A stretch of DNA of 55,529 nt, taken from contig JAZDOX010000075.1 in the NCBI GenBank assembly GCA_043798215.1, positions 1 through 55,529 of the forward strand, written 5' to 3'. Below, piece after piece: positions 15,744 through 24,711 of the stretch (its first letter is position 1; each line of letters opens with the position of its first letter). Made by a program: the position numbers and the translations under genes. A model generated the notes under the pieces. The model was not told the origin of the DNA, searched no databases, and saw only the letters and a program-made list of their open reading frames with translations. The stretch comes from Candidatus Omnitrophota bacterium. GTDB lineage: Bacteria > Omnitrophota > Gorgyraeia > Pluralincolimonadales > Pluralincolimonadaceae.

Positions 15744-18552
15744 AAATTTGAAAGAGCAAATTTATGAAGAAGGGATTCTTCGGTCGGCCACAGCCTGCCC
15801 TAAACTCCGTCGAAGGGGCCTCGCCCAGAATGACAAAAGTGGTATTTCGCAACAGTCCCAAGAGCGATTTTTATGTGTAGTCCTTATGTTTATTATTTTA
15901 GCCCCTCTTTGTGCGTTCGCAGAGCAGGAGAGCGAAGAGCCTTCTTTATTTCCTATTTCTCCAAAGATTGAAATTGAAAAAGGGGCGTCGGCGTTGATCC
16001 CCGTTAAGAATGTTTCTCGTTTTTTAAGCGTGAATCCAAGGATTGCCTCTGCCCAGAAGATTTCCGCTGAGAGTTTATCCGTAACGGCGACTGGTCTGGG
16101 AGCTACATTTATCCATATATGGGATGAGAGGGGCAGGAGCACAGTAAGGATAGAAGTTAAGCAGAAGGGCGCTAAGGCCAGAGCAGAAAGACAGAAGAAG
16201 ATAGCCGAGGAAAGATTAGTTGAATCGTTTAAAGCGAAATACTGGTTTGACTTTGAGAGTATCTTTTCTCGTCCGGATGAGCCTAATGTGGCAAAGTACA
16301 GGTATACTCGCCATTATCATAATTTAGCGGTGAACGGAGAAACTCCATTAGGCGATGTGGATTCGAACTTTAGATTTGAAGATAGAAACGAAGGAAAAGA
16401 ATTAACCGAAGCCGCAGTTTATTTAAAAAACAAGGATTTTGATTTAACGCTTGGCGATAACTACGGTGATTTTTCCCCTCTGACCCTGCCTTATATCCGG
16501 TCTCAAGGCGTCAATCTTAAGTCGTCCGTGTACGATAATATGGGCTATAACCTTATATGGGGGGCTACGGGCAAAAGGCTTTGGGGCAGCAAGATATCCA
16601 ATCTTGGACAGCTAAGCGGTTATTTTTCCGGCATAAGGACTAATATTTCTCCGAATAAGCAAACATCCGTTAGCGCCACTTTATTGAGATCAAATGGTCT
16701 GCAGGATAGAGTCAGCAAATATGTTCGCGCGGTGGGAGGGAATTTTAATCTTGATGGGTTTATATTTGACGGAGAGTACTCTTTTGCTGAAAGAGGCAAC
16801 GCCTGGCAGACAGAATCGGAATTAAAAGTAGACAGATTTAGCCTTAAAGGGGCGTACAGGGACATAGACCCTTCCTATGAAACAGTTACCGCCGGTGTAG
16901 GTTATAAAGGTCAAAAGGGGGTTTATCTTACGTCAAGCTTTTACCCTTTTGAGTTCTTGACGTTATCCACGGGATATGATTATTACCTTAACAGACTTCT
17001 TCCCAACGCCGCCGAGCCTAGCCAATATAACACTAACTTTGTCTCCAGCCTTGATTTGAATCTGCCTTGGCAGGCGAAGTTCAGCGGCTCAATTTGGTAT
17101 AGAGACAGGCTTGGAGAGCTTTACCCGAGCGTTTACCAAGGACAAACCTACCGGATTTCCCGCTCATTTAAAATTTTCGGTAGAGATATTGATCCATATT
17201 TTTCTTTTATGCCCAGCGCTTATGAGGCCGTTTCTTCGCAAGAAAGAAATTATAAAGATAAAATGACATCTATAGGCGTGAGAGCAAGACTTTTTCGTTT
17301 CCTTAGCTTGAATTTGCAGGAACAACGGGATATTAGAAGATATACATGGGACGCCTTCAAGGCTACGCCGCGGCGTTTTAAAGCGGGTCTTGTTTTTAAT
17401 TCGCAAATTGCCCGATCGCCGCTTAACGCTATGGTAAAGCTGGATTACCAAAGAGATAAAGATGTTGTATCGAGAGGCAGTATCTTTTCGGGAGAGAAGA
17501 TTGTTTCCGGAGAGGCCAAGTTTAGCTATAAACCGTCTAAGGATTTTGAATGTTATATTAGAGGCAAGATTCAACATATAAAGGGTGTTATAAATAAAGA
17601 TTTGGATAGAGTTGAGACTGAAGTTTTTGCCGGAGCGAGTTATTTGATGGATACCGGTTTTAGGTGGCAGCCCAGCGGAATCGTAGCCGGCGCCGTCTTT
17701 AAGGACATAAACGGCAACGGCATAAGAGATGAGGGAGAGCCGGGGGTGGCGGGCGCGAGAATCTTCGTTAACAAGAACACATCGGCTTTCACGGATGCCG
17801 GCGGTAAATATATTATAAAAGGCGTAAAAGGAGTTGATGCCGGCGTGACTTTAGACGTCTCGACTATAGCAAAAGGCTATGTCTGCACAGATGCCAATCC
17901 GAAATCGCTGGTTATAGAGTCCGGCAAGATTTCTGAAGCGAATTTCGGAATTTTTACAAAATCCGACATAAACGGAATTGTGTTTAATGACTTGAATGAA
18001 AACGGCATTTTTGACGAAACCGATTTTGGCGTGCCAAATGTCTTGATAAGTCTGCAGGGTTCAAGATTTACGGTTACCGATTCATCGGGTTATTATTATT
18101 TTAAAGGCATTCCTCCGGGGGAGTATAATATTATTTTGAAGGCGGAGACATTGCCTTCAGGTTATCTGCCGAAGGGCCCCGCAGGGATAAAAATTACGGC
18201 TCTTGAAGGAGAGGCTTATAGGCGCGATTTCGCCGTTTTCGCTCTTCGCTCCATAATGGGTAAAGTTTTTGTGGACAGTAATTATAACGGTTTGTTTGAA
18301 GACGGAGAATCAGGCGTTGCCGATGTGGAGATGAGATGCGGTTCTCAGGTTGCTTTGACAGGAAAAGACGGCTCTTACGTGTTAAAGAATCTTTCCGCGG
18401 GAGAGCAAAAGATAGAGATGAGTGAAAAGACTATCCCTGATTCCTGTCGCCCGGAGGCACAAAATTATAAGATTGTTACCCTTGCTCCGCAGGGAGAAAT
18501 TAAAAGAGACGTGGATTTCGCTGTGATTTCCGAACGCACAGGTCCAAATTAG
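15733..18552 (+). CDS. Outer-membrane protein P4: secretin-type pilus N domain + predicted beta-barrel + three SdrD-B/CnaB-like repeats
   Basis: IEIEKGASALIPVKNVSRFLSVNPRIASAQKISAESLSVTATGLGATFIHIWDERG matches the CpaC/RcpA-type pilus-formation N-terminal domain. About 450 aa of amphipathic beta-strand sequence follow. The C-terminus has three repeats of the type G.VF.D.NGNG..D..E.G. The start is uncertain (GTG 15733, TTG 15748 or an internal ATG). Confidence 0.65.
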   Translation: MKNLNLKEQIYEEGILRSATACPKLRRRGLAQNDKSGISQQSQERFLCVVLMFIILAPLCAFAEQESEEPSLFPISPKIEIEKGASALIPVKNVSRFLSVNPRIASAQKISAESLSVTATGLGATFIHIWDERGRSTVRIEVKQKGAKARAERQKKIAEERLVESFKAKYWFDFESIFSRPDEPNVAKYRYTRHYHNLAVNGETPLGDVDSNFRFEDRNEGKELTEAAVYLKNKDFDLTLGDNYGDFSPLTLPYIRSQGVNLKSSVYDNMGYNLIWGATGKRLWGSKISNLGQLSGYFSGIRTNISPNKQTSVSATLLRSNGLQDRVSKYVRAVGGNFNLDGFIFDGEYSFAERGNAWQTESELKVDRFSLKGAYRDIDPSYETVTAGVGYKGQKGVYLTSSFYPFEFLTLSTGYDYYLNRLLPNAAEPSQYNTNFVSSLDLNLPWQAKFSGSIWYRDRLGELYPSVYQGQTYRISRSFKIFGRDIDPYFSFMPSAYEAVSSQERNYKDKMTSIGVRARLFRFLSLNLQEQRDIRRYTWDAFKATPRRFKAGLVFNSQIARSPLNAMVKLDYQRDKDVVSRGSIFSGEKIVSGEAKFSYKPSKDFECYIRGKIQHIKGVINKDLDRVETEVFAGASYLMDTGFRWQPSGIVAGAVFKDINGNGIRDEGEPGVAGARIFVNKNTSAFTDAGGKYIIKGVKGVDAGVTLDVSTIAKGYVCTDANPKSLVIESGKISEANFGIFTKSDINGIVFNDLNENGIFDETDFGVPNVLISLQGSRFTVTDSSGYYYFKGIPPGEYNIILKAETLPSGYLPKGPAGIKITALEGEAYRRDFAVFALRSIMGKVFVDSNYNGLFEDGESGVADVEMRCGSQVALTGKDGSYVLKNLSAGEQKIEMSEKTIPDSCRPEAQNYKIVTLAPQGEIKRDVDFAVISERTGPN

Positions 18553-18598
18553 TCATTTTTTCATGACGGTAAATTGCTTTTGAGGTTTAGTTTCACAT

Positions 18599-18898
18599 TG
18601 TCATCGTCTGGCTTGACCAGACGATCCAGACATGTTAATCCGTGACTGGATTACCCGAACAACAGACTGTGACATAACCCTTTTTCTTGACTAAATAGAT
18701 CAACATATTGTAGTGCATTGTAACATAAATTTTATACTGTTTGAGCGAGGCCATTGGCCGAATCGAGAACTATGGATATGCCTGCCTGTCGGCAGACAGT
18801 CCTATCAAGCTGAGGCGGGAATCGAGCAACTACATTATGACCCAGTTTGCAAGTCGCCTGCCTGCCGAAGCTTTTTGGCGTAGGCAGGGGTAATGACA
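18599..18898. repeat. Nested block: D element > E element > truncated family A copy
   Basis: TGTCATCGTCTGG...CCAGACGATCCAGACA, E arm CATAACCCTTTTTCTTGACTAAATAGATCAACATATTGTAG, then A4, then ...CAACTACATTATGACCCAG ... GGGGTAATGACA. Confidence 0.8.
18711..18802 (+). mobile_element. Family A element, copy A4 (left half only)
   Basis: TAGTGCATTGTAACATAAATTTTATACTGTTTGAGCGAGGCCATTGGCCGAATCGAGAACTATGGATATGCCTGCCTGTCGGCAGACAG, then a junction into a different repeat. Confidence 0.8.
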
Positions 18899-18940
18899 AT
18901 TTTATGGTCGTACAGTTACGATTATAACAGAGAGGCTGCC

Positions 18941-20395
18941 ATGAATATCGAGCTTAAACAGGTGAACGAATACATATGGGAAATTCCAAGATCCGGAGAG
19001 ATGCTTGTGCCCGGCAGAATTTATGCCGACGCGGAATTGATAAAACACTTGACCGATGATGTGGAAAAGGGGAAAGAATGGAATGCGTTGGTTCAGGTAA
19101 AAAATGTGGCCTCTCTTCCTGGCATTCAAAAAGCGTCGCTTGCTATGGCGGACATACACCCCGGTTATGGATTCGCGATAGGCGCTATCGGCGCTTTTGA
19201 CATTGAGACAGGCGTTATTTCGGTGGCAGGCGTGGGGTTTGACTGTAACTGCGGAGTCAGGACCTTGCGCACACAGCTTACCCGCGATGATTTAAAAGGC
19301 AAGGAAGAACAGCTTGCCAATGAATTATTCAGAGTTATTCCTGCCGGTATCGGCTCAGAGGGGCGGATTGAGCTTTCCGTCAATGAGATAGACGAGGTTC
19401 TTATCAAAGGCGCTAAGTTTTCCGTCGAGCATGGTTACGGTTGGCAGGAAGACCTGACGTTTATGGAAGAGGAAGGCTGTGTTAAAGGCGCCGATCCCAA
19501 AATGGTTAGTTATGAAGCGAAAAAAAGGGGATTTAATCAGGTAGGGACATTAGGCTCTGGCAATCATTATTTGGAAGTGCAGTATGTCTCTGAAATTTAT
19601 GACGACGAAGCCGCGCAAATTTATGGGTTGTTTCCCAACCAAGTTTTAGTCTCGATACATTGCGGAAGCCGCGCCTTAGGGCATCAAATAGGCGCGGATT
19701 ACCTTAAAATTTTGGAAGCCGCCTCTATAAAATATAATATCCCGATAAGGGAAAGAGAACTTGTTTGCGCGCCGTTTAATAGCGAGGAAGGGAAGCGTTA
19801 TTTCAAGGCGATAAACTGCGGCATTAACGCCGCTTTTGCCAACAGGCAGGTATTGACGCATTTGACCAGAAAAGCCTTTAGTTCGGCGATTGGCGTCGAT
19901 GAAAAAACTATTCGCACTTTGTATGATATAGGCCATAATACGGCTAAATTGGAAGAACACGCCGTTGATGGACAGGTAAAGACTTTGATAGTTCACAGGA
20001 AAGGCGCCACTCGCGCTTTCGGCCCGGGCAGGCCCGAGATACCGGATAGGTATAAAAAGATAGGCCAGCCTGTTTTGGTCGGAGGCACAATGGGCACTTG
20101 CTCATATATTTTGCATGGCACCGAGAAGGGGATGAGGGAAGTCTTTGGCACGGCGGTTCATGGCGCCGGAAGAGTTTCTTCGCGCCAGCAGGCAAAACGC
20201 AGGTGGCGCGGCTCAGAGTTGATAAAAGAGCTTAAACAAAAAGGGATAATAATAAAAGGTCACAGCCTTGCTGGTGTGGCCGAAGAAGCTCCCGGCGCTT
20301 ATAAGAATGTTACACAAGTCGTTAATGTCGTTCATAATGCCGGAATTGCTCTTAAAGTGGCTATGTCAAAGCCTATAATTTCAGTTAAGGGATAA
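18941..20395 (+). CDS. rtcB: RNA-splicing ligase RtcB
   Basis: Motifs GSGNHYLEVQ, HCGSRALGHQ, HNTA, HGAGR. I prefer ATG 18941 (RBS gagagg, MNIELKQV...) to the track start 18893, which lies inside a repeat. Confidence 0.9.
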   Translation: MNIELKQVNEYIWEIPRSGEMLVPGRIYADAELIKHLTDDVEKGKEWNALVQVKNVASLPGIQKASLAMADIHPGYGFAIGAIGAFDIETGVISVAGVGFDCNCGVRTLRTQLTRDDLKGKEEQLANELFRVIPAGIGSEGRIELSVNEIDEVLIKGAKFSVEHGYGWQEDLTFMEEEGCVKGADPKMVSYEAKKRGFNQVGTLGSGNHYLEVQYVSEIYDDEAAQIYGLFPNQVLVSIHCGSRALGHQIGADYLKILEAASIKYNIPIRERELVCAPFNSEEGKRYFKAINCGINAAFANRQVLTHLTRKAFSSAIGVDEKTIRTLYDIGHNTAKLEEHAVDGQVKTLIVHRKGATRAFGPGRPEIPDRYKKIGQPVLVGGTMGTCSYILHGTEKGMREVFGTAVHGAGRVSSRQQAKRRWRGSELIKELKQKGIIIKGHSLAGVAEEAPGAYKNVTQVVNVVHNAGIALKVAMSKPIISVKG

Positions 20396-20396
20396 A

Positions 20397-20425
20397 CCCC
20401 GTTAGATGTTTACTATCTAACGGGG
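20397..20425 (+). terminator. CCCGTTAG-family hairpin after rtcB
   Basis: CCCCGTTAGAT / ATCTAACGGGG: 11-bp perfect stem, 7-nt loop, 2 nt after the stop. No T-run follows. Confidence 0.45.
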
Positions 20426-20491
20426 TAAATGCAGATACCCCTATCTGTAGCTATTTTATCGACGATAAGCCCAATATATAGTATTTTTTAC

Positions 20492-20521
20492 TTGACAAAG
20501 CCCAATCGACAGCGCTATACT
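20492..20521 (+). promoter_or_regulatory. Sigma70-type promoter upstream of nrdJ
   Basis: TTGACA (20492-20497), 18-nt spacer, TATACT (20516-20521). Confidence 0.55.
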
Positions 20522-20567
20522 TATAGTGAAAACGAGGTTATTGGATGAGCGGGTTGGCGGGTGTACG

Positions 20568-20607
20568 GGTAACTCACTTACTCGTTAATCCGATAACTGG
20601 CTAACAT
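20568..20607 (+). promoter_or_regulatory. Phased octamer array (5 x GNTAAYNN) in the nrdJ leader
   Basis: TAAC/TTAC/TAAT/TAAC/TAAC start at 20570, 20578, 20586, 20594 and 20602. The array ends TAACATAG just before the SD. Confidence 0.5.
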
Positions 20608-20626
20608 AGCAAGGGAGGGGATCAAG

Positions 20627-22915
20627 ATGAATAAGAGGGTTGAGGAGGGCGGATTATCCGCCAATTCAAGGAAAGTTTTGGAGAGGCGTTATCTCAAGAA
20701 AGATTCCGAGGGAAAGCCGCAGGAGACCATAGAGGAACTTTTTCGCAGAGTCGCTCATAATATAGCTACAGCCGATTCAAGTTATGATCCGGCCGCGGAT
20801 ATTAAAAAGACGGAAGAAGAGTTTTACGCAATCATATATAACTTAGAATTTTTACCTAATTCCCCAACCTTAATGAATGCCGGCCGCGATTTACAACAGT
20901 TATCGGCGTGTTTTGTTTTGCCCGTTGAGGATTCTATGGAGTCTATATTCGAGGCGATAAAGAATACCGCTCTCATCCACCGCTCAGGCGGCGGCACGGG
21001 TTTTTCGTTTTCGAGACTGCGTCCAAAGAATAGCATGGTAAAGACAACCGGCGGCATAGCCAGCGGGCCGGTGTCATTTATGAAAGTATTTGACGCCGCG
21101 ACCCAGGCGGTAAAGCAGGGCGGCACGCGCCGCGGCGCCAATATGGGAATTCTGAGGATTGATCATCCGGATATTATGGATTTTATAAGATGCAAAGAGT
21201 CGGATAAGGATATTACTAATTTTAATATCTCTGTCGCGCTTACAGAGGATTTTATGAAAGCCGTTGAATGCGATGAGTATTACGATCTTATAGCCCCGCA
21301 TAACAAAAAACCCGTCGACCGGCTTAAGGCCAGGGAGGTCTTTAACGCGATAGTCGAGATGGCTTGGAGGAACGGCGAGCCTGGGATAGTGTTTATAGAC
21401 AGAATTAACAAGATGAATCCCACTCCTAAGATAGGAGAGATAGAGTCCACAAATCCTTGCGGGGAGCAGCCACTTTTGCCGTATGAAAGCTGCAATTTGG
21501 GTTCGATAAATCTCGTTAAGATGGTTAGGCGGACAGATGTCGGTTTTGAGATAGATTGGCAGCATTTGCGCAAGGTGATTCATTTAGCGGCGCATTTCCT
21601 TGATAATGTTATAGATATGAATAAGTTTCCGCTTAGGCAGATTGAAGCGATGACTAAGGCGAATAGGAAGATAGGCTTGGGAGTTATGGGATTTGCGGAG
21701 ATGCTCATTAAATTGGGAATTCCGTATGATTCCGAAGAGGCTATAGAAATAGGCGAGAAGATTATGTTGTTTATCCAGGACGAGGCTAAAAAGGCCTCTC
21801 AGTTATTGGCGTTAAGGCGAGGGCCGTTTCCTAATTTTCAGAACTCGATTTATGCCGACGGGCCCGCTTTGAGGAATGCGACCCTGACGACAATAGCTCC
21901 GACAGGAACATTGTCGATAATCGCAAATACCTCCAGCGGAATTGAGCCCTTGTTTGCTATTTCGTATTATCGCGAGGTTATGGATAAAACCAAACTCGCC
22001 GAAGTTAATTCTCTTTTTGAGGAGACCGCTAAAGAGAGAGGATTTTATTCCGAGAAACTTATGGAGAAGATAGCCGAAAAAGGGAGCTTGCACGATATCG
22101 AAGAAGCGCCTGAAGATGTGAAGAAGTTGTTCGTTACGGCTCATGACATAACTCCTATCTGGCACATAAGGATGCAGGCTGCGTTTCAGAAATATACCGA
22201 TAACGCCGTATCAAAGACGGTGAATTTTTCAAATTCAGCGGATATAGAAGATGTTCTTGAAGTCTATCTTCTTGCCTATAAGATGGGCTGTAAAGGCGTT
22301 ACCATATACCGCGACGGAAGCAGACAGGAGCAGGTTTTATATATTGCCCGGCCGAAAGAGAAAGAAAAGACAGACGATAATGTTATCGAGGATAATAAGG
22401 AAGAAAAGGCGAGAACTTCTCCGCGTCCCAGACCTGAGGTGACGAAGGGCACGACCACCAAGATACTCACCGGTTGCGGAAATCTTTATATCACGATAAA
22501 TGAGGATGAGGATGGGAATCCTTTCGAGGTATTTACCCAGATGGGTAAAGCCGGCGGCTGCGCAGGAAGCCAGCTTGAAGCTATAGGCAGGCTTGTTTCG
22601 TTGGCCCTAAGATGTGGTCTGGACACTCATTCGATAATAGAGCAGCTAAGCGGAATCAGATGCCCGAATCCTTCCTGGGAGAAAGGCGGAAGAATATTCT
22701 CATGCGCCGACGCTATTGCCAAAGCGATAGAAAAACGCTTATTGAATAAGAAACTTCAGCAGGAAAATAATATCAAGAATGATGAGGGTTCTTCCCATCA
22801 GAACAAACCCAAGGTTTTAAATGTCGTCGGTGTTTGTCCGGATTGCGGCGGCGCGTTGCAACATCAGGAAGGCTGTATGATTTGCAAAGCCTGCGGCTAC
22901 TCTAAATGCGGGTAA
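20627..22915 (+). CDS. nrdJ: Class II (adenosylcobalamin-dependent) ribonucleotide reductase
   Basis: Motifs STNPCGEQPL..ESCNLGSINL, TIAPTGT, VSKTVN. C-terminal zinc ribbon CPDCGG...CMICKACG. RBS gggagggg. Confidence 0.9.
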   Translation: MNKRVEEGGLSANSRKVLERRYLKKDSEGKPQETIEELFRRVAHNIATADSSYDPAADIKKTEEEFYAIIYNLEFLPNSPTLMNAGRDLQQLSACFVLPVEDSMESIFEAIKNTALIHRSGGGTGFSFSRLRPKNSMVKTTGGIASGPVSFMKVFDAATQAVKQGGTRRGANMGILRIDHPDIMDFIRCKESDKDITNFNISVALTEDFMKAVECDEYYDLIAPHNKKPVDRLKAREVFNAIVEMAWRNGEPGIVFIDRINKMNPTPKIGEIESTNPCGEQPLLPYESCNLGSINLVKMVRRTDVGFEIDWQHLRKVIHLAAHFLDNVIDMNKFPLRQIEAMTKANRKIGLGVMGFAEMLIKLGIPYDSEEAIEIGEKIMLFIQDEAKKASQLLALRRGPFPNFQNSIYADGPALRNATLTTIAPTGTLSIIANTSSGIEPLFAISYYREVMDKTKLAEVNSLFEETAKERGFYSEKLMEKIAEKGSLHDIEEAPEDVKKLFVTAHDITPIWHIRMQAAFQKYTDNAVSKTVNFSNSADIEDVLEVYLLAYKMGCKGVTIYRDGSRQEQVLYIARPKEKEKTDDNVIEDNKEEKARTSPRPRPEVTKGTTTKILTGCGNLYITINEDEDGNPFEVFTQMGKAGGCAGSQLEAIGRLVSLALRCGLDTHSIIEQLSGIRCPNPSWEKGGRIFSCADAIAKAIEKRLLNKKLQQENNIKNDEGSSHQNKPKVLNVVGVCPDCGGALQHQEGCMICKACGYSKCG

Positions 22916-22962
22916 TTATTAGCGTATAGCGTTCAGCGGACAGACAGATAATTCTTTTAAAA

Positions 22963-23165
22963 TGTCATTGTCCGACTTGCAGACTGGGTCGTAATACCAT
23001 TTTTCGTCATTGCGAGGAGCGAACGAAGTGAGCGACGAAGCAATCTCCGTCGGTGATAGAGATTGCTTCGGGCCTTCGGCCCTCGCAATGACGGTGTTTT
23101 TGTAATTATGACCCAGTCTGTTGTTCGGACAATCCAGACACCAAATTGCGCTTTATAGCGTGATG
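22963..23165. repeat. Nested block: D > E > J (CGTCATTGCGAGG...CCCTCGCAATGACG)
   Basis: The arms and TIRs are directly readable. The D right half is truncated. Confidence 0.8.
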
Positions 23166-23216
23166 TCTTGCAGCTTGAAGCGATGGAACTTATGAAACCG
23201 CTTGTAAAGTAAAATA

Positions 23217-23861
23217 ATGATAAAACACGATTCTTGGATTAAGAAAAAAGCTGTTGAAGAAGGAATGATAGAGCCTTTCGCGGATCGTCAAGTCAGCGAT
23301 GGCCGTGTCAGTTACGGATTATCCAGCTATGGCTATGACATAAGAGTTGCCGATGAATTTAAGGTCTTCGCCGCGCCGAAAAATTCGCGGTCTTTAAGAG
23401 ATTTTTCCTCCGAAGACAAAATAATAATCAATCCGAAGAACTTCGACGCGCGGTTATTTTCCGATTTTAAAGGCGATGCCTGTATTATTCCTGCGGGTTC
23501 TTTTATCTTGGCGCGGTCTTTCGAATATTTCAGGATTCCTGATAAAGTTCTTGCTATCTGCGTGGGCAAGTCCACTTATTGCCGTTGCGGGGTAATCGTT
23601 AATGTAAGTCCGCTGGAACCGACATGGGAAGGCTATCTGACGATGGAGATATCAAACACCTCTCCCTTTCCCGTTATGATTTATTCAAACGAAGGGATAG
23701 CGCAGCTTATTTTTTTCGAAGGCAGTCAAGCTCCCGATATTACCTATAAGGATCGCAAAGGCAAGTACCAGAAGCAATTGGGCATAGTTCTTCCTAAGGT
23801 TAATCCCGTTAGAGCCACCGGAGTTTCGGAGGATAGAAAAGTTTCTAATGGGGCGAAATAA
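23217..23861 (+). CDS. dcd: dCTP deaminase
   Basis: N-terminal MIEPF...[13 protein letters not shown], then [10 protein letters not shown] and EGIAQLIFF, typical of the Dcd trimeric dUTPase-like fold. Confidence 0.85.
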   Translation: MIKHDSWIKKKAVEEGMIEPFADRQVSDGRVSYGLSSYGYDIRVADEFKVFAAPKNSRSLRDFSSEDKIIINPKNFDARLFSDFKGDACIIPAGSFILARSFEYFRIPDKVLAICVGKSTYCRCGVIVNVSPLEPTWEGYLTMEISNTSPFPVMIYSNEGIAQLIFFEGSQAPDITYKDRKGKYQKQLGIVLPKVNPVRATGVSEDRKVSNGAK

Positions 23862-24711
23862 ATTGAGGTTATCTCTTTCCGCCTCAGATTTTAACTTGGA
23901 ACACACCTTAGAATGTGGCCAAGCTTTTCGATGGGAAAAATCAGACAACGGTTACCAAGGCGTGATTGGCAGAGCGCTTTTAAAGATTAACTATGACGGC
24001 GCCCGCTTACAGGTTGAGTCAAGTTCACCCCTAAGCAAAGAAGCTCTCACAGAGTATTTTGGCTTGAATGAGAATATGCCGCGCATACTAAAAGAAATAG
24101 ACCTCGATAGCCATATCCATAAAGCGATTCTTAAATTTCATGGTTTACGCGTCTTAAATCAGGATCATTGGGAATGCCTCGCTTCTTATATTCTTTCTTC
24201 CTATAATAATATAGCCCGTATTAAGATAATGATAGAAAAACTCTCGAGAGCTTTTGGCGAAAGGCTGACTCTTGGCTGTATTGAACGGCGCTCTTTTCCT
24301 TCCATTGAAAAGATTGCCGCCGTTAATCTGTCGGCGCTTAAAAAATTAGGCTTAGGTTTCAGGGCCTCGTATTTGAAAAAAACTGCCGGGGACCTTTTAG
24401 CCAAAAGACTTGATTTAGACAGCCTTGAGAACTTAAGCTATAATGAGGCGAAGACGAAACTCACACGTCTTAAAGGAGTGGGAGAAAAAGTCGCCGATTG
24501 CGTTTTATTGTTTTCTTTTAAGAAATATGAGGCTTTTCCGGTAGATGTCTGGATAAAGAGAGCGGTGGAACGGTTTTATTTCAATGGCAGGCCTGTCAGC
24601 TCTAAAAGAGCGGCGGAATTCGCGCGTGAATACTTTGGCCGTTATGCCGGTTACGCGCAGGAATATCTTTATCATTATATGAGATGCGGATATAGGCAGG
24701 CTGGGCCATAA
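23848..24711 (+). CDS. ogg: 8-oxoguanine DNA glycosylase / AP lyase (Ogg1-type, HhH-GPD)
   Basis: ECGQAFRW near the N-terminus. HhH-GPD motif [15 protein letters not shown] followed by FPVDVW. Overlaps dcd by 14 nt. The last codons and the stop lie inside a repeat element. Confidence 0.8.
   Translation: MGRNKLRLSLSASDFNLEHTLECGQAFRWEKSDNGYQGVIGRALLKINYDGARLQVESSSPLSKEALTEYFGLNENMPRILKEIDLDSHIHKAILKFHGLRVLNQDHWECLASYILSSYNNIARIKIMIEKLSRAFGERLTLGCIERRSFPSIEKIAAVNLSALKKLGLGFRASYLKKTAGDLLAKRLDLDSLENLSYNEAKTKLTRLKGVGEKVADCVLLFSFKKYEAFPVDVWIKRAVERFYFNGRPVSSKRAAEFAREYFGRYAGYAQEYLYHYMRCGYRQAGP

Noticed and set aside
18893-18940. Track start 18893 for rtcB, and analogous upstream starts: 42206 for mlaF, 44215 for the FecR-domain gene, 45353 for the OMP, 29795 for the lipoprotein, 49118 for comM, 50832 for the autotransporter.
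   Set aside because: The upstream extensions lie inside repeats or overlap the previous gene and lack an RBS. Downstream starts have good SD sequences and give canonical N-termini or signal peptides.
20397-20626. Cobalamin riboswitch upstream of the B12-dependent nrdJ.
   Set aside because: No B12 box (GCCACTG-like) and none of the characteristic multi-stem core is recognisable.
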